Assembly: GCA_903843285.1 (NCBI GenBank)
Contig: CAIMPC010000039.1
Coordinates: 44,886 to 108,885, forward strand
Direction of reading: 5' to 3'
DNA length: 64,000 nucleotides
Source of the DNA: Candidatus Omnitrophota bacterium
Lineage (GTDB): Bacteria; Omnitrophota; Gorgyraeia; 2-01-FULL-45-10
Shown here: positions 48,324-58,220 of the stretch, piece by piece
How positions within the stretch are numbered: position 1 is the first letter of the stretch
Layout of the letters: the number at the start of each line of letters is the position of its first letter
Position numbers and translations under genes: made by a program
The notes under the pieces: generated by a model
Told to the model about the DNA's origin: nothing
Seen by the model: only the letters and a program-made list of their open reading frames with translations
Databases searched by the model: none

Positions 48324-49134
48324 GGAAGTCGTTGCGGGAGGAGTGAAGATAGGCGGGGCCAACCCTCTGGTCCTGATAGCCGGGCCATGTGTGATAGAGT
48401 CCGAGTCGAGCGCCATGCGCCATGCCAGGGCTTTAAAGTCCATAGCCGTAAGAGCCAACATTCCATTCATTTATAAGGCAAGCTACGATAAAGCCAACCG
48501 CACTTCCGGATCATCCTACAGGGGTCCCGGAATAAAGAAGGGCCTGAAGATACTCAAAAAGATTAAAGAAGATTTCGGAATACCCGTACTCTCGGACGTG
48601 CACTCCGTCGAGGAAGTGAAAGAGTCCGCTAAGGTCCTCGATATCATTCAGATACCCGCATTCCTATGCAGGCAGACAGACCTTATACTGGAGGCGGCCG
48701 GGACCGGCAGGGTGGTAAATGTGAAGAAGGGGCAGTTCCTGGCGCCTTGGGATATGAAGAACGTGGTGAAGAAGATAGAGTCTACCGGAAATAGGAAAAT
48801 ATTACTGACCGAGCGCGGCGCAAGCTTCGGCTACAACACTTTGGTGAGCGACTTCAGGTCGCTTTTGATAATGAAGGACCTCGGATATCCGGTGGTATAT
48901 GATGCCACTCATTCTGTGCAGTCCCCGGGCGGCATGGGTGAGAAGTCCGGCGGAGATCGGAAGTATATTCCGTATCTTGCGATGGCCTCGGTCGTGTGCG
49001 GTGCCAACGCCATATTTATGGAAGTCCATGAGGATCCTGACAGCGCATTAAGCGACGGTCCGAATATGATTAAACTCGACTCGCTCGAAGGACTGCTTAC
49101 TAAGCTTATTAAAATAGAAAAGGCGGCCGGATAA
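48295..49134 (+). CDS. kdsA: 2-dehydro-3-deoxyphosphooctonate aldolase (Kdo-8-P synthase); start uncertain (GTG 48295 or 48316)
   Basis: LVLIAGPCVIESE, FIYKASYDKANRTS, and overall KdsA length. Confidence 0.85.
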   Translation: MNRKTNPVTKEVVAGGVKIGGANPLVLIAGPCVIESESSAMRHARALKSIAVRANIPFIYKASYDKANRTSGSSYRGPGIKKGLKILKKIKEDFGIPVLSDVHSVEEVKESAKVLDIIQIPAFLCRQTDLILEAAGTGRVVNVKKGQFLAPWDMKNVVKKIESTGNRKILLTERGASFGYNTLVSDFRSLLIMKDLGYPVVYDATHSVQSPGGMGEKSGGDRKYIPYLAMASVVCGANAIFMEVHEDPDSALSDGPNMIKLDSLEGLLTKLIKIEKAAG

Positions 49135-50093
49135 TGTCTATAGCGATGGCTAAAAAAGTCCTTAAGATCGAGCGTGACGCGATATCAAGCCTTATACCGA
49201 GGATAGATGCTAATTTTAAGAAGATCGTTGACCTTATGTATAAGGTGAAGGGACGCGTTATAGTGACCGGTATGGGAAAACCCGGATTTATTGCTCAGAA
49301 GATATCTGCGACGTTGTCCTCGACCGGTACTCCGTCTTTATATCTGCATCCGGCTGAAGCCCTCCACGGGGATCTTGGACGCGTTACGAGAGACGATCTG
49401 ATCCTTGCCCTTTCTAATAGCGGCGAGACCGAGGAGATAATAAAATTTCTGCCTATAGTTAAGAAGATCGGCGCGAAACTTGTATCGATGACCGGCAATC
49501 TTTCATCTACGCTGGCCAAATTTTCGGATTATGTTATCGATACGCATGTTTTGAGGGAGGCATGCCCGCTCGGGCTTGCTCCGACCACATCCACGACAGT
49601 TATGCTTGCACTCGGAGATGCCGTAGCGGTAGCGCTTTTGGATAAGAAGGGATTTAAGGAAAAGGATTTTGCCTTCTATCATCCGGGTGGTATCCTCGGT
49701 AAAAGGCTTTTATTAACGGTGGATGATATTATGAGGAAGGGGCATGCGAGTCCTGTTGTAGGGGAAAAGATGAAGGTTAAGCAGGTGCTTCTGGCTATAA
49801 CCAAATCTAGAGCAGGATGCGCCTGCGTCGTAGATGCCAGGGGAAAGTTGGCCGGAATATTTACGGACGGAGATTTGCGCAGGCAGTTGGAGATAAAGCC
49901 GGGGCTGATCGAGTGCGAAGTAAAATACGTAATGACCAAAAATCCCACGGTTATAACTAAGGAAAGACTGGCCGCTGAAGCCTTTGACATATTGAGATCT
50001 AAGAGGATTGACGAGCTTCCTGTGGTCGACAGTAAGAGACGGCCTATTGGCCTACTTGACGTGCAGGACATATTAAAGGCGGGGCTTGTATGA
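49134..50093 (+). CDS. kdsD: arabinose-5-phosphate isomerase (SIS + tandem CBS)
   Basis: SIS domain VIVTGMGKPGFIAQKISATLSSTG; C-terminal CBS pair. Confidence 0.9.
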   Translation: MSIAMAKKVLKIERDAISSLIPRIDANFKKIVDLMYKVKGRVIVTGMGKPGFIAQKISATLSSTGTPSLYLHPAEALHGDLGRVTRDDLILALSNSGETEEIIKFLPIVKKIGAKLVSMTGNLSSTLAKFSDYVIDTHVLREACPLGLAPTTSTTVMLALGDAVAVALLDKKGFKEKDFAFYHPGGILGKRLLLTVDDIMRKGHASPVVGEKMKVKQVLLAITKSRAGCACVVDARGKLAGIFTDGDLRRQLEIKPGLIECEVKYVMTKNPTVITKERLAAEAFDILRSKRIDELPVVDSKRRPIGLLDVQDILKAGLV

Positions 50094-50620
50094 TCGCCCC
50101 GGACATCATCGATAAGATAAAGAAGATAAGACTCCTTATCCTGGATATAGATGGTGTTATGACAGACGGCCATATCATCTATTCGATTTACGGTGATGAG
50201 CTTAAGTTTTTCGATGTGCAGGACGGTTTCGGAATAACGCTTCTTAATAAAGCCGGGATAAAAAGCGTCATTATTACAGCAAAGAAATCAAGGATTGTAA
50301 AACTAAGAGCGCGTGACATGAAGATAGCAAAGGCATATCAGGGTTATTATGATAAATTGAAGGCCTTTAATCACGCTATAAGGAAATTTAAAGTTAAACC
50401 CGAAGAGGTCTGTTTCATCGGCGATGATCTGATAGACCTGCCGGTATTAAGACGCGTTGGGCTGGCAGTGGCCGTGCCCAACGCTGTGGAAGAGGTCAGA
50501 CAGCATGCTCATTTGGTGACATCGAAGGCAGGCGGCCATGGCGGCGTGCGCGAGCTCTGCGACCTTATTCTAAAGTCCCAGGGCAAGTGGGATCTGGCCA
50601 CAGAGAAGTACTTCAAATAA
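50090..50620 (+). CDS. kdsC: Kdo-8-phosphate phosphatase (HAD-IIIA)
   Basis: LILDIDGVMTDGHIIYS HAD motif I; 176 aa. Confidence 0.85.
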   Translation: MIAPDIIDKIKKIRLLILDIDGVMTDGHIIYSIYGDELKFFDVQDGFGITLLNKAGIKSVIITAKKSRIVKLRARDMKIAKAYQGYYDKLKAFNHAIRKFKVKPEEVCFIGDDLIDLPVLRRVGLAVAVPNAVEEVRQHAHLVTSKAGGHGGVRELCDLILKSQGKWDLATEKYFK

Positions 50621-50635
50621 AGTAATAAACCAATT

Positions 50636-51304
50636 ATGCATATTCCAGATGGTTATCTAGGGCCCGCGACCTGCGGGTTTTTTTATGCAGTGATGATTCC
50701 TGTATGGACGTTTGCCTCGAGGATAGTTAAGAGGACCCTCTCGACGAAGCAGGTTCCGCTCCTCGCCATAGGCGCCGCATTCAGCTTCGTTATAATGATG
50801 TTCAACCTGCCTATACCCGGAGGAACTACCGGCCATGCGGTCGGTGGCGTTCTGGTGGCGATACTCTTAGGGCCGTGGGCGGCATGTCTGGCGATTACGG
50901 TCGCATTGGTGGTTCAGGCCCTTCTTTTCGGAGACGGTGGAGTCACTGCCATCGGCGCAAATTGTTTCAATATGGCTTTTGTACTGCCATTTGCAGGATA
51001 TTATACATACAGATTAATAAGCTATGGCGCGCCTATTGTTTCAAATAGAAGAATCATTGCGGCAGGGATAGCGGGATATATAGGCCTTAATGCCGCCGCA
51101 TTATTGACCGGCATAGAATTTGGTATACAGCCTCTGATTCATCGTACAGCAAACGGCCAGGCGCTGTATTGTCCATACGGGATCAACGTAGCGGTTCCTG
51201 TAATGGCCGGAGAGCATCTTTTGATATTCGGATGGATAGAAGCGATAGTAACCGCGCTCGTTGTTAAATATCTTCAGAAGCAGGACGTAGGCCTGCTTAA
51301 ATAA
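50636..51304 (+). CDS. cbiM: CbiM/NikM-family ECF transporter substrate-capture component (Co/Ni)
   Basis: MHIPDGYL N-terminus, the hallmark of CbiM/NikM; multi-pass membrane protein. Confidence 0.7.
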   Translation: MHIPDGYLGPATCGFFYAVMIPVWTFASRIVKRTLSTKQVPLLAIGAAFSFVIMMFNLPIPGGTTGHAVGGVLVAILLGPWAACLAITVALVVQALLFGDGGVTAIGANCFNMAFVLPFAGYYTYRLISYGAPIVSNRRIIAAGIAGYIGLNAAALLTGIEFGIQPLIHRTANGQALYCPYGINVAVPVMAGEHLLIFGWIEAIVTALVVKYLQKQDVGLLK

Positions 51305-51305
51305 G

Positions 51306-51420
51306 GGGACTGTTGCGAAATGCAACTTCCGTCATTCTGAGGGAGGCCATCGGCCGACCGAAGAATCTATTTACCGTCGAGATTCTTCACTGCGCCCTTC
51401 GGGCTTCGTTCAGAATGACG
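51306..51420 (+). repeat. repeat family A, copy lacking right outer terminal inverted repeat
   Basis: GGGACTGTTGCGAAATGCAACTTCCGTCATTCTGAGGGAGGCCATCGGCCGACCGAAGAATCTATTTACCGTCGAGATTCTTCACTGCGCCCTTCGGGCTTCGTTCAGAATGAC. Confidence 0.75.
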
Positions 51421-51510
51421 CATGCCATTATATGACTGAGCTGTTACACGGTTTCCTCGCAATGGCAAAGGTTGTTATATTACTGAGCTGTTACAAATAA
51501 AGGCGGATGC

Positions 51511-51840
51511 ATGAAGACTATTACGAAACTTTGGATTGGGCTTGCTATATTGATCGTGGTCTCACCGATTGGCTTGATACTTCCGGAACATTTTAAAGCA
51601 GGTTCTGCATGGGGCGAGTGGGGAGCTGAAGAAATACACAAACTGGTCGGCTACATACCTAAGGGCTTTGAAAAGATAGGAAGTCTATGGAATGCGCCCA
51701 TACAGGACTATGCGTTTAAGCTCTGGGGCGGTAAAGGGCCTTTTCATATCGGCGCTACATACATCTTATCCGCTACGCTTGGCATAGCAATAACAGTCTC
51801 TATAGTACTATTTCTCGGCCGATTCCTTTCGAAGAAGTAA
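51511..51840 (+). CDS. small membrane protein adjacent to cbiM (possible CbiN/PDGLE-like partner)
   Basis: TM helix at each end. It sits next to cbiM but is separated from it by a family A repeat. Confidence 0.35.
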   Translation: MKTITKLWIGLAILIVVSPIGLILPEHFKAGSAWGEWGAEEIHKLVGYIPKGFEKIGSLWNAPIQDYAFKLWGGKGPFHIGATYILSATLGIAITVSIVLFLGRFLSKK

Positions 51841-52051
51841 ATGAGGCAATAAAAACATCTTTACGATTATATGACTATTGACTTAGACATATTTTATGAT
51901 ACTATTAGTGTAAGTAAAGGGGGTGGTGCGATACCAGTCAAATGAGTTTGACGAGTTATCCGGATTATTATGGGTGCAATAACCATGGTCCGGAAAGAAT
52001 CGGGGCGTAGTTTTTACAGAAGGCTACAACCAAAGAAATGGAGGCTCGCGC

Positions 52052-52486
52052 ATGAAGAGAATATGGGGTTGTCTTAGTTGCAGTAAGGGCTTTACGTTAA
52101 TCGAATTAATAATAGTCGTTATAATAGTAGGTGTTCTTGCCGCAATAGCGATACCGCAATATGCCGGGTTTGTAGAGAGGGCTAGAACCACCGAAGCCGT
52201 GGGTGCCATCGGCGCTATTAAAGTAGCGGAGGAAGCACGGAGAATAGAAACCGGCTCCTATTTAAGTTGCGCTGACGCCGCGGCGATAACCGCAGGTTTA
52301 GGTGTGACCGTTGATGTCACTAATTGGACATACGCGGCTGCCGGAACTGCCGGAACCTCGGTTGTTATAACGGCGACGAGGACCGCCGCAAACGGAGGTA
52401 CCGTGGGACAAACAATTGTTCTTACATGGACCGCCGCTACACAGACAGGCGTGTGGAGCGGGACTCACCCGAACAGGCCTAAATAA
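52052..52486 (+). CDS. pilA: type IV major pilin (prepilin with N-terminal methylation motif)
   Basis: Leader ...SKG|FTLIELIIVVIIVGVLAAIAIPQY with the classic class III signal, Glu+5 present. Ala/Thr/Gly-rich C-terminal head. Confidence 0.85.
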   Translation: MKRIWGCLSCSKGFTLIELIIVVIIVGVLAAIAIPQYAGFVERARTTEAVGAIGAIKVAEEARRIETGSYLSCADAAAITAGLGVTVDVTNWTYAAAGTAGTSVVITATRTAANGGTVGQTIVLTWTAATQTGVWSGTHPNRPK

Positions 52487-52512
52487 CTTTTAAGTTTGAA
52501 CGGTTATTGTGT

Positions 52513-52654
52513 GGGACTGTTGTAAAATACAACTTCCGTCATTCTGAGGGAGGCCATCGGCCGACCGAAGAATCTATTTACCGTCGAGATTCTTCACTTC
52601 GCCCTTTGGGCTTCGTTCAGAATGACGGGAAAATTGACATTTCGCAACAGTCCC
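52513..52654 (+). mobile_element. MITE-like repeat family A, full 142-bp copy with ~35-bp terminal inverted repeats
   Basis: Left GGGACTGTTGTAAAATACAACTTCCGTCATTCTGA; right TCAGAATGACGGGAAAATTGACATTTCGCAACAGTCCC, its reverse complement with a few mismatches. Also has an internal palindrome GAAGAATCT..AGATTCTTC. Confidence 0.8.
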
Positions 52655-52692
52655 ACGTCCCGCTAATATGTTAAAGTAGGAGTAATTATTCC

Positions 52693-53121
52693 TTGTTGAC
52701 TGTAAAGAAACAGGGTGGTTTTACACTTATTGAAATAATAGTAAGCATAACAGTTATTCCTCTATTATGGTTTGCTGTATACATTTCCTTGTCTGTAAAT
52801 ACGATGCTGATCTCCCAGGCCAAACATAGAGCGCAAGCTGTTTTTATAGCTCAGCGATTCATAGATGTTATGCGCGCCGGTGAATATCAAAACCTATCCA
52901 ATATTGCCGGAGGAAGTGTAGCGATTGATACTCGCGGCACTGCAGATACAGCAGATGATCTGCTTGGGACTATGTCCATTACTTTAGGCCCGCCCGATGG
53001 CGGCGGACACTATAGGCCGGTTAACGTTACGATATCCTGGAACGAAAGGGCGCTTGGTGATTCCGACAGGGTACTGACGGAAAGCCTGACAACGATTATT
53101 TCTGACGATACGGCGGGGTAG
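52693..53121 (+). CDS. type IV pilus minor pilin (GspH/FimT/PilV-like), TTG start
   Basis: KQGG|FTLIEIIVSITV prepilin cleavage/methylation motif. Confidence 0.6.
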   Translation: MLTVKKQGGFTLIEIIVSITVIPLLWFAVYISLSVNTMLISQAKHRAQAVFIAQRFIDVMRAGEYQNLSNIAGGSVAIDTRGTADTADDLLGTMSITLGPPDGGGHYRPVNVTISWNERALGDSDRVLTESLTTIISDDTAG

Positions 53122-53126
53122 GTGAA

Positions 53127-53651
53127 ATGAAGAGCGCAAAAAATAATCCGGGTTTTACGCTGATAGAGTTGGTGGTATCTGTAATGATCTCCACAGTAGT
53201 TTTTTTTGCAATTTCAAGCATTATAGTCTTTACCGCACAAACACTCTCAGCCTCGGGCGTAGAGCTGGGCCTTCAAACGGATATGAATAATCTCGTTCGG
53301 CAGATTACGGTGGGAGTTTATGATTCCGGAGGTATTGATTGTGGTTTGCGCGGCTCCGCCTCATACGAAGTGATAAGCTCTCAGCAGATTGACTTTTATG
53401 ATATTATCGGAACGAAGCGGAGTTTTATTGTGTCAGGTAATAGCCTAATTTATAGCAGTCCCACACAGGATCCCACTCAAAGCGTAATCTATACGGCCCC
53501 TACCGGATCGACGTTTAATGTTGTATTCGAATCCCTACAGACTAATCTTGTAAATATAGCTATGTCAGTTACGCAAACGGTTAACGGGAAGACTTTGACG
53601 GGATCCGTGGTAACTTCTGTGTACTTGAGAAATATCAGGGACAAGGGTTAA
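53127..53651 (+). CDS. type IV pilus minor pilin (PilW-like)
   Basis: NNPG|FTLIELVVSVMI prepilin motif. Confidence 0.6.
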   Translation: MKSAKNNPGFTLIELVVSVMISTVVFFAISSIIVFTAQTLSASGVELGLQTDMNNLVRQITVGVYDSGGIDCGLRGSASYEVISSQQIDFYDIIGTKRSFIVSGNSLIYSSPTQDPTQSVIYTAPTGSTFNVVFESLQTNLVNIAMSVTQTVNGKTLTGSVVTSVYLRNIRDKG

Positions 53652-53654
53652 AGA

Positions 53655-54956
53655 ATGAAGAGCACTAAGGGGTTCACGTCGATTTTTTTGATTGTAACGA
53701 CTTTGTTTGTATTCATTCTTGTTGGAACAATTTTTGCCGTACTGAATAGTCATATCAATCTCCTCGCCAGGGAACTCGATAAGATAAAGGCATACAATAT
53801 GGCGGAGGCAGGACTTGCCAGAGGAATTATCCAGCTCAGGACAGGGATCCTGGATCCTATTAATGACTCTCTGGATAATGGCACCTATAGCGTATCTATC
53901 GTTCAGTCTCTTCCTGTTCCGGTGGGACGTCTTCCCGGTTTTGTAGTAACCTCAACCGGATCATGGGGAACCACCAGCCGAACACTGAGTTTGGAAGTAT
54001 TTCAAAAAAGTTTTGCCCAGTGGCAATATTTCACCGATAACGAAATATTCCCTAGTAATCCTGGACTATTCGGAATGTTCACCTCTGCCGATCGCATAGA
54101 CGGACCGGTACATACTAACGGTCAGCTTGGTATTGGTGGTAGTCCTACGTTTGAAGGACATGTCAGTGCTGTAAACCCAGCGATACGGGGGTCGCAAACC
54201 GCAAGCTTTAATAGCGGTATCACTATCCCGGCGTCGAGCATTCAAATCCCGTCCGCACCTAAAGTTATGACACCCATTATGAACGCTGCGTTGTTGCCGG
54301 GAGGACTGTCGCTATACGGTGATACGACTATAGAATTTACAGACTCCGGACCGGTGTGGGTCACTAATGCAGGAGTGGCGAACGGAGTAAGAACACTTAA
54401 GACATTACCACCGAATGGCGCGATATATATATATGGAGGCGACTTGAAAATTTCCGGAACCCTAAATGGGAAAGTAACGATAGGTGTCGATGTGGTTTGG
54501 ACGATGACACCCGATTTAAAGGTCAGCGCTGTTGGAGGTAACATAACTATTGTGGATGCCCTAAAATATGCAGGTCCTCGGGATGTTAATAATTTGCCAA
54601 CGTCCCCTGATAATATGCTGGGGCTGATGGCGGCTAAAGACGTTACTTCCAAAACCACGTGTGGCTACCAGGAGATTGATGCTTACATAGTTGCGCTGGA
54701 TGGATCATTTAGAGATGCAAATTCGTCACAGTCTTCGGGTTTTACTGTTCCTCCTCCGTTCGGTTGGCCGCTAACTGTATACGGAGGTATAATGCAGAAG
54801 AATAGAGGCGACCTGCTTTATGATAACACTGGTGGTCCTGCAAGATTTTATCATTACGACAAACGGATGAAATACGATGCGCCTTTATTTTCTCCTCAGT
54901 TGACAGATTCCTTAGGGGTCGTCTACGCCAAGAGGATTTGGAAGGACATAACATAA
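53655..54956 (+). CDS. pilX: PilX-like type IV pilus minor pilin / tip-associated protein
   Basis: STKG|FTSIFLIV..., then the PilX_N-like helix with AYNMAEAGLARGI; large beta-rich C-terminus. Confidence 0.55.
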   Translation: MKSTKGFTSIFLIVTTLFVFILVGTIFAVLNSHINLLARELDKIKAYNMAEAGLARGIIQLRTGILDPINDSLDNGTYSVSIVQSLPVPVGRLPGFVVTSTGSWGTTSRTLSLEVFQKSFAQWQYFTDNEIFPSNPGLFGMFTSADRIDGPVHTNGQLGIGGSPTFEGHVSAVNPAIRGSQTASFNSGITIPASSIQIPSAPKVMTPIMNAALLPGGLSLYGDTTIEFTDSGPVWVTNAGVANGVRTLKTLPPNGAIYIYGGDLKISGTLNGKVTIGVDVVWTMTPDLKVSAVGGNITIVDALKYAGPRDVNNLPTSPDNMLGLMAAKDVTSKTTCGYQEIDAYIVALDGSFRDANSSQSSGFTVPPPFGWPLTVYGGIMQKNRGDLLYDNTGGPARFYHYDKRMKYDAPLFSPQLTDSLGVVYAKRIWKDIT

Positions 54957-54971
54957 AGGGTACGGACTAAA

Positions 54972-55664
54972 ATGAAAAATTTAATATGGAATATTATCAG
55001 TATTATAGTGGTTCTGTCTTTATCGATCATTGCATGGAGTCTTTACGGGACTAATAAGGCAAATTTTGATAAAACACTTCTATTAACAGAGCATAATGTG
55101 GCTCTCGAAGCAAGTATTGAAAAAATTACAGAACAGAAAAAATCCGTAGAAGATAAGTTAGCCGGCCTGATGGCCGAAAACGATACGTCCCTGGCTAAAA
55201 TAAGCGAGTACAGCGCCAGAATAGAAGCTATGACTTCCGAACACAAAATAAACGAGGAAAGTCTTCTCACCGAACGGAATAAATTAACGTCGGCCATAGC
55301 CATGTTAAATCAGGAAGTATCCGGTAAAAATTCTGAGATCCTGTTTCTGAAAAAGATTTTAAAGAAAAATAACAAAAAGCCGATGGAAAAAAGCCGTACC
55401 ATAAACCTTAAACCCATTGTCGTAACAGGAGCTAAATATGTGTCCGGCAAGATTTTAGAGGTTAACAAGGCTTATGAATTCGTTATAGTAAATCTCGGAT
55501 CGAACGATGGAATAACTACGGACGATACGCTCTTCGTCTTCAGGCGAAAAGCCATGATAGGTAAAGTCGTAGTCAGGGAGATAGCCCCGGAATATAGCGC
55601 GGCCAAGATATTATATAAATCGCTTAGCGATATGGTGAGAAAGGGAGACATAGTTACCAATTAA
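54972..55664 (+). CDS. hypothetical membrane-anchored coiled-coil protein with C-terminal small beta domain
   Basis: N-terminal TM, ~100-aa coiled coil, C-terminal VVTGAKYVSGKILEVN..FVIVNLGSNDGI..GKVVVREI. Could be a PilZ/PRC-barrel-like fold. Inside the pilus operon. Confidence 0.35.
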   Translation: MKNLIWNIISIIVVLSLSIIAWSLYGTNKANFDKTLLLTEHNVALEASIEKITEQKKSVEDKLAGLMAENDTSLAKISEYSARIEAMTSEHKINEESLLTERNKLTSAIAMLNQEVSGKNSEILFLKKILKKNNKKPMEKSRTINLKPIVVTGAKYVSGKILEVNKAYEFVIVNLGSNDGITTDDTLFVFRRKAMIGKVVVREIAPEYSAAKILYKSLSDMVRKGDIVTN

Positions 55665-55665
55665 A

Positions 55666-57165
55666 ATGGCTATAATCCAAGAGATAGAGAAAATTTTTTT
55701 TACCGGGGCGGCGGTATATATAAGCACCGATTTTATGGATATCGCTGAGGCACGTATGTCGCCCGGCGGAGTAGTATTAACCTCGCTTCAGCGTTTCCCT
55801 ATCGGATTCGGATCGGAACGCGGCATAAGCGGTATATTGGACAGGATATTCTCATCCGAATATCAAATACCGTATCGCGTCGCCGTTAATGTCAGAAACG
55901 ACCAGCTGATCCTGAGGTGGTTTAAGATGCCCAATGTGCCCCAGAAAGAGCTCGCGCAGGCGGTAGTATTTGCAGCCCAGCAGCATCTGCCGTGCCCTAT
56001 CGAAACCCTCACCTATGCATTCAAATCATACCGGGGCGTATCGAATTTCCGAGAAATAGTCATTGCCGCTACCGAGACAAAAAATATCAACGAGCTGGTA
56101 GCCTATTTCAGGAGAAAGCATATCCTGCCCGCCGTGATCGAGCCGGTGCCTTTTCTGTTATCAAAGCTCATCGCTTTAAATGGTTCGGCGAGCGAAGAGA
56201 CGTGTCTTCTTATGCATTATGAACCTCACAGTAAAATAATTTTGTGCGGAATATCCCGCAAGCATCCTTACTTTTTCAGGGAGATCACTGCGCCCTTCGA
56301 CATCGGGCCGAGATGGAAGGGCGAAGATAATGTCGCCTATCCGACATTAGGAGCTGTATGGCCGCACGTAGAGGCAGACGTTATAAAAAGTATGAGCTAT
56401 ATGCGTAAAGAGGCGGGCCATGATGTGAAGAAGATATACGTTTCCGGTTTTTCGCCCTCTCATGATGAGGAGCGAATATCGAAAGAGCTGAATGTCCCAG
56501 TGGAGAGGCATCGCTTTGCCTTCTTTACAAAAGACGGCCCTGACAAGGATGATAAGTACCTTCCCGTCCTAATGCTCGTTCTTAACTCTTTAAAAAACCC
56601 GTCCCTGAATATCGCTCCTGCGGAAATAGTTCGTAATGATATGCGGGGGATTAAGGTTGTTTTGTTAAAATTTCTAGCCGGGCTTGGCGTGATCGTTGTA
56701 CTGCATATGGCATTCTTAGGTATAAATGCCAAAATCGGCCTTAAGGCAAAACTCGCGAATAACGTAGAAAATTACGGAGTTATAAATCCATCCAGCCCCA
56801 GAGCAGATGTAGAGCTTTACAAAAAATCCGTTATCGAAAGCGCTTTATTCGTCAGCGACTTTTTATCCAAAAAGCGATTTCTCCCGCAAAAATTAGTATG
56901 CCTGAGTCGGTTGATGCCGCAGATTTCGTGGGTCGAAGAGATCTCTTTTACCGGGAGTATAAAAACTGACCGGTTACCTACCTTAACAATAAAGGGGTCG
57001 ATATTTGATGTCGCCTCGGACTCTACCAGCGCGAATAAGATACTGGAGGTCCTTAAAGCCGATAAAGATATGATGGAAGGATTTAAGGGGGCGAACCTTT
57101 CATATGTCGAGAAAAAGATATCGTCAGGGAGAGAGATCACCGATTTTGAGGTTTCATTCAAATAA
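55666..57165 (+). CDS. pilM: PilM-PilN fusion (actin-like ATPase domain + TM + periplasmic PilN-like domain)
   Basis: N-terminal ~330 aa PilM-like (PQKELAQAVVFAAQQHLP resembles the PilM EAxxYIP motif). TM segment IKVVLLKFLAGLGVIVVLHMAFLGI, then ~150 aa periplasmic. Confidence 0.55.
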   Translation: MAIIQEIEKIFFTGAAVYISTDFMDIAEARMSPGGVVLTSLQRFPIGFGSERGISGILDRIFSSEYQIPYRVAVNVRNDQLILRWFKMPNVPQKELAQAVVFAAQQHLPCPIETLTYAFKSYRGVSNFREIVIAATETKNINELVAYFRRKHILPAVIEPVPFLLSKLIALNGSASEETCLLMHYEPHSKIILCGISRKHPYFFREITAPFDIGPRWKGEDNVAYPTLGAVWPHVEADVIKSMSYMRKEAGHDVKKIYVSGFSPSHDEERISKELNVPVERHRFAFFTKDGPDKDDKYLPVLMLVLNSLKNPSLNIAPAEIVRNDMRGIKVVLLKFLAGLGVIVVLHMAFLGINAKIGLKAKLANNVENYGVINPSSPRADVELYKKSVIESALFVSDFLSKKRFLPQKLVCLSRLMPQISWVEEISFTGSIKTDRLPTLTIKGSIFDVASDSTSANKILEVLKADKDMMEGFKGANLSYVEKKISSGREITDFEVSFK

Positions 57166-57176
57166 GGCTTCATAAT

Positions 57177-57746
57177 ATGATAGATATAAAAAACATTCTA
57201 AATGACAGAAAAAAAACGTGGGGTATCTTATTATTCCTGATATTATGCGCGCTCGCATTTGTTTTGCTATTCAAATATGATTTTGGGAGCTTTCGTAAGA
57301 TACAGTTTACAATCGCTGAAAATAAGCATAATAAGGCTACGCTGGATTCTCTCGGTGAGTACAAAAAATATCTGAAGAAATTTAACGCATGTCTGGTGCC
57401 GGATAATGGCATCGATTGGCTCATGGGGACTCTAACGGTGGTGTCAAAAAATAATGGCGTAACTTTAAGCGCCGTAAAGCCGATCAAAACGGAATATTGT
57501 TCTGGGTATGAGGTAGTGAAGGCATCCATAGAGGGAACGTCTTCATATAAAGAGCTCCTCCGTTTCATTAAGGCCATAGAAGACGGTAAGGAATATATGT
57601 TGATCGAAAGCATCTCCATAAGGTCGATTGAAATCGCCCCGGATGAATTCGCGAAAAATTCACCGGCAGTTCTCACGAGAAACGTATCTCGCGGCAGGTT
57701 GGTAGGTTTTAACGCGATCATAGCTTATGTGGCGCTTAAAATATGA
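57177..57746 (+). CDS. pilO: PilO-like pilus assembly protein
   Basis: Short cytoplasmic N-terminus, a single TM, a periplasmic domain. Position between pilM/N and pilP. Confidence 0.5.
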   Translation: MIDIKNILNDRKKTWGILLFLILCALAFVLLFKYDFGSFRKIQFTIAENKHNKATLDSLGEYKKYLKKFNACLVPDNGIDWLMGTLTVVSKNNGVTLSAVKPIKTEYCSGYEVVKASIEGTSSYKELLRFIKAIEDGKEYMLIESISIRSIEIAPDEFAKNSPAVLTRNVSRGRLVGFNAIIAYVALKI

Positions 57747-58219
57747 TAATGCCTGATAAGAAAAAAGTGATTGAAATCCTGATAATCATCATGGGGGGCA
57801 TTTATTTGCTTTATAGGATATTTATGCCGAAACCGGATATGAAACAGGCGCACGACGCGGCGGGTCATATGCCTATAGGCATAGAGATAGCCGGCTTGAA
57901 GGAGACCGTAAAAAACCCTACCGAGGGCGATCGTAAATTAAAGGATGAGGTAGCCGGCGCACGGGATATATTTCAGAAGCCGGACGAATTTTTTGCGTCC
58001 AGCGCAAAAAACGAGGCAGACGCGGCGTCCAAAACAGGAAATAGCGTGCTTTCGCTCGAAGGCACCATATGGGGGCGCGGTAAGAATATCGCGATATTGT
58101 CCGGCGCAGTGGTTAGTGAAGGCGATATTATACAAAAGGGGAAGATCGTCAGGATTGAATCAGACAGAGTGATTATTTTTAAAGATGGTGTGGAGTCAGA
58201 GATAAAGAGAGGTACATAA
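57743..58219 (+). CDS. pilP: PilP-like pilus assembly protein
   Basis: N-terminal anchor, then C-terminal beta-sandwich EGTIWGRGKNIAILSGAVVSEGDIIQKGKIVRIESDRVIIFKDG, typical of PilP. Confidence 0.5.
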   Translation: MIMPDKKKVIEILIIIMGGIYLLYRIFMPKPDMKQAHDAAGHMPIGIEIAGLKETVKNPTEGDRKLKDEVAGARDIFQKPDEFFASSAKNEADAASKTGNSVLSLEGTIWGRGKNIAILSGAVVSEGDIIQKGKIVRIESDRVIIFKDGVESEIKRGT

Positions 58220-58220
58220 A

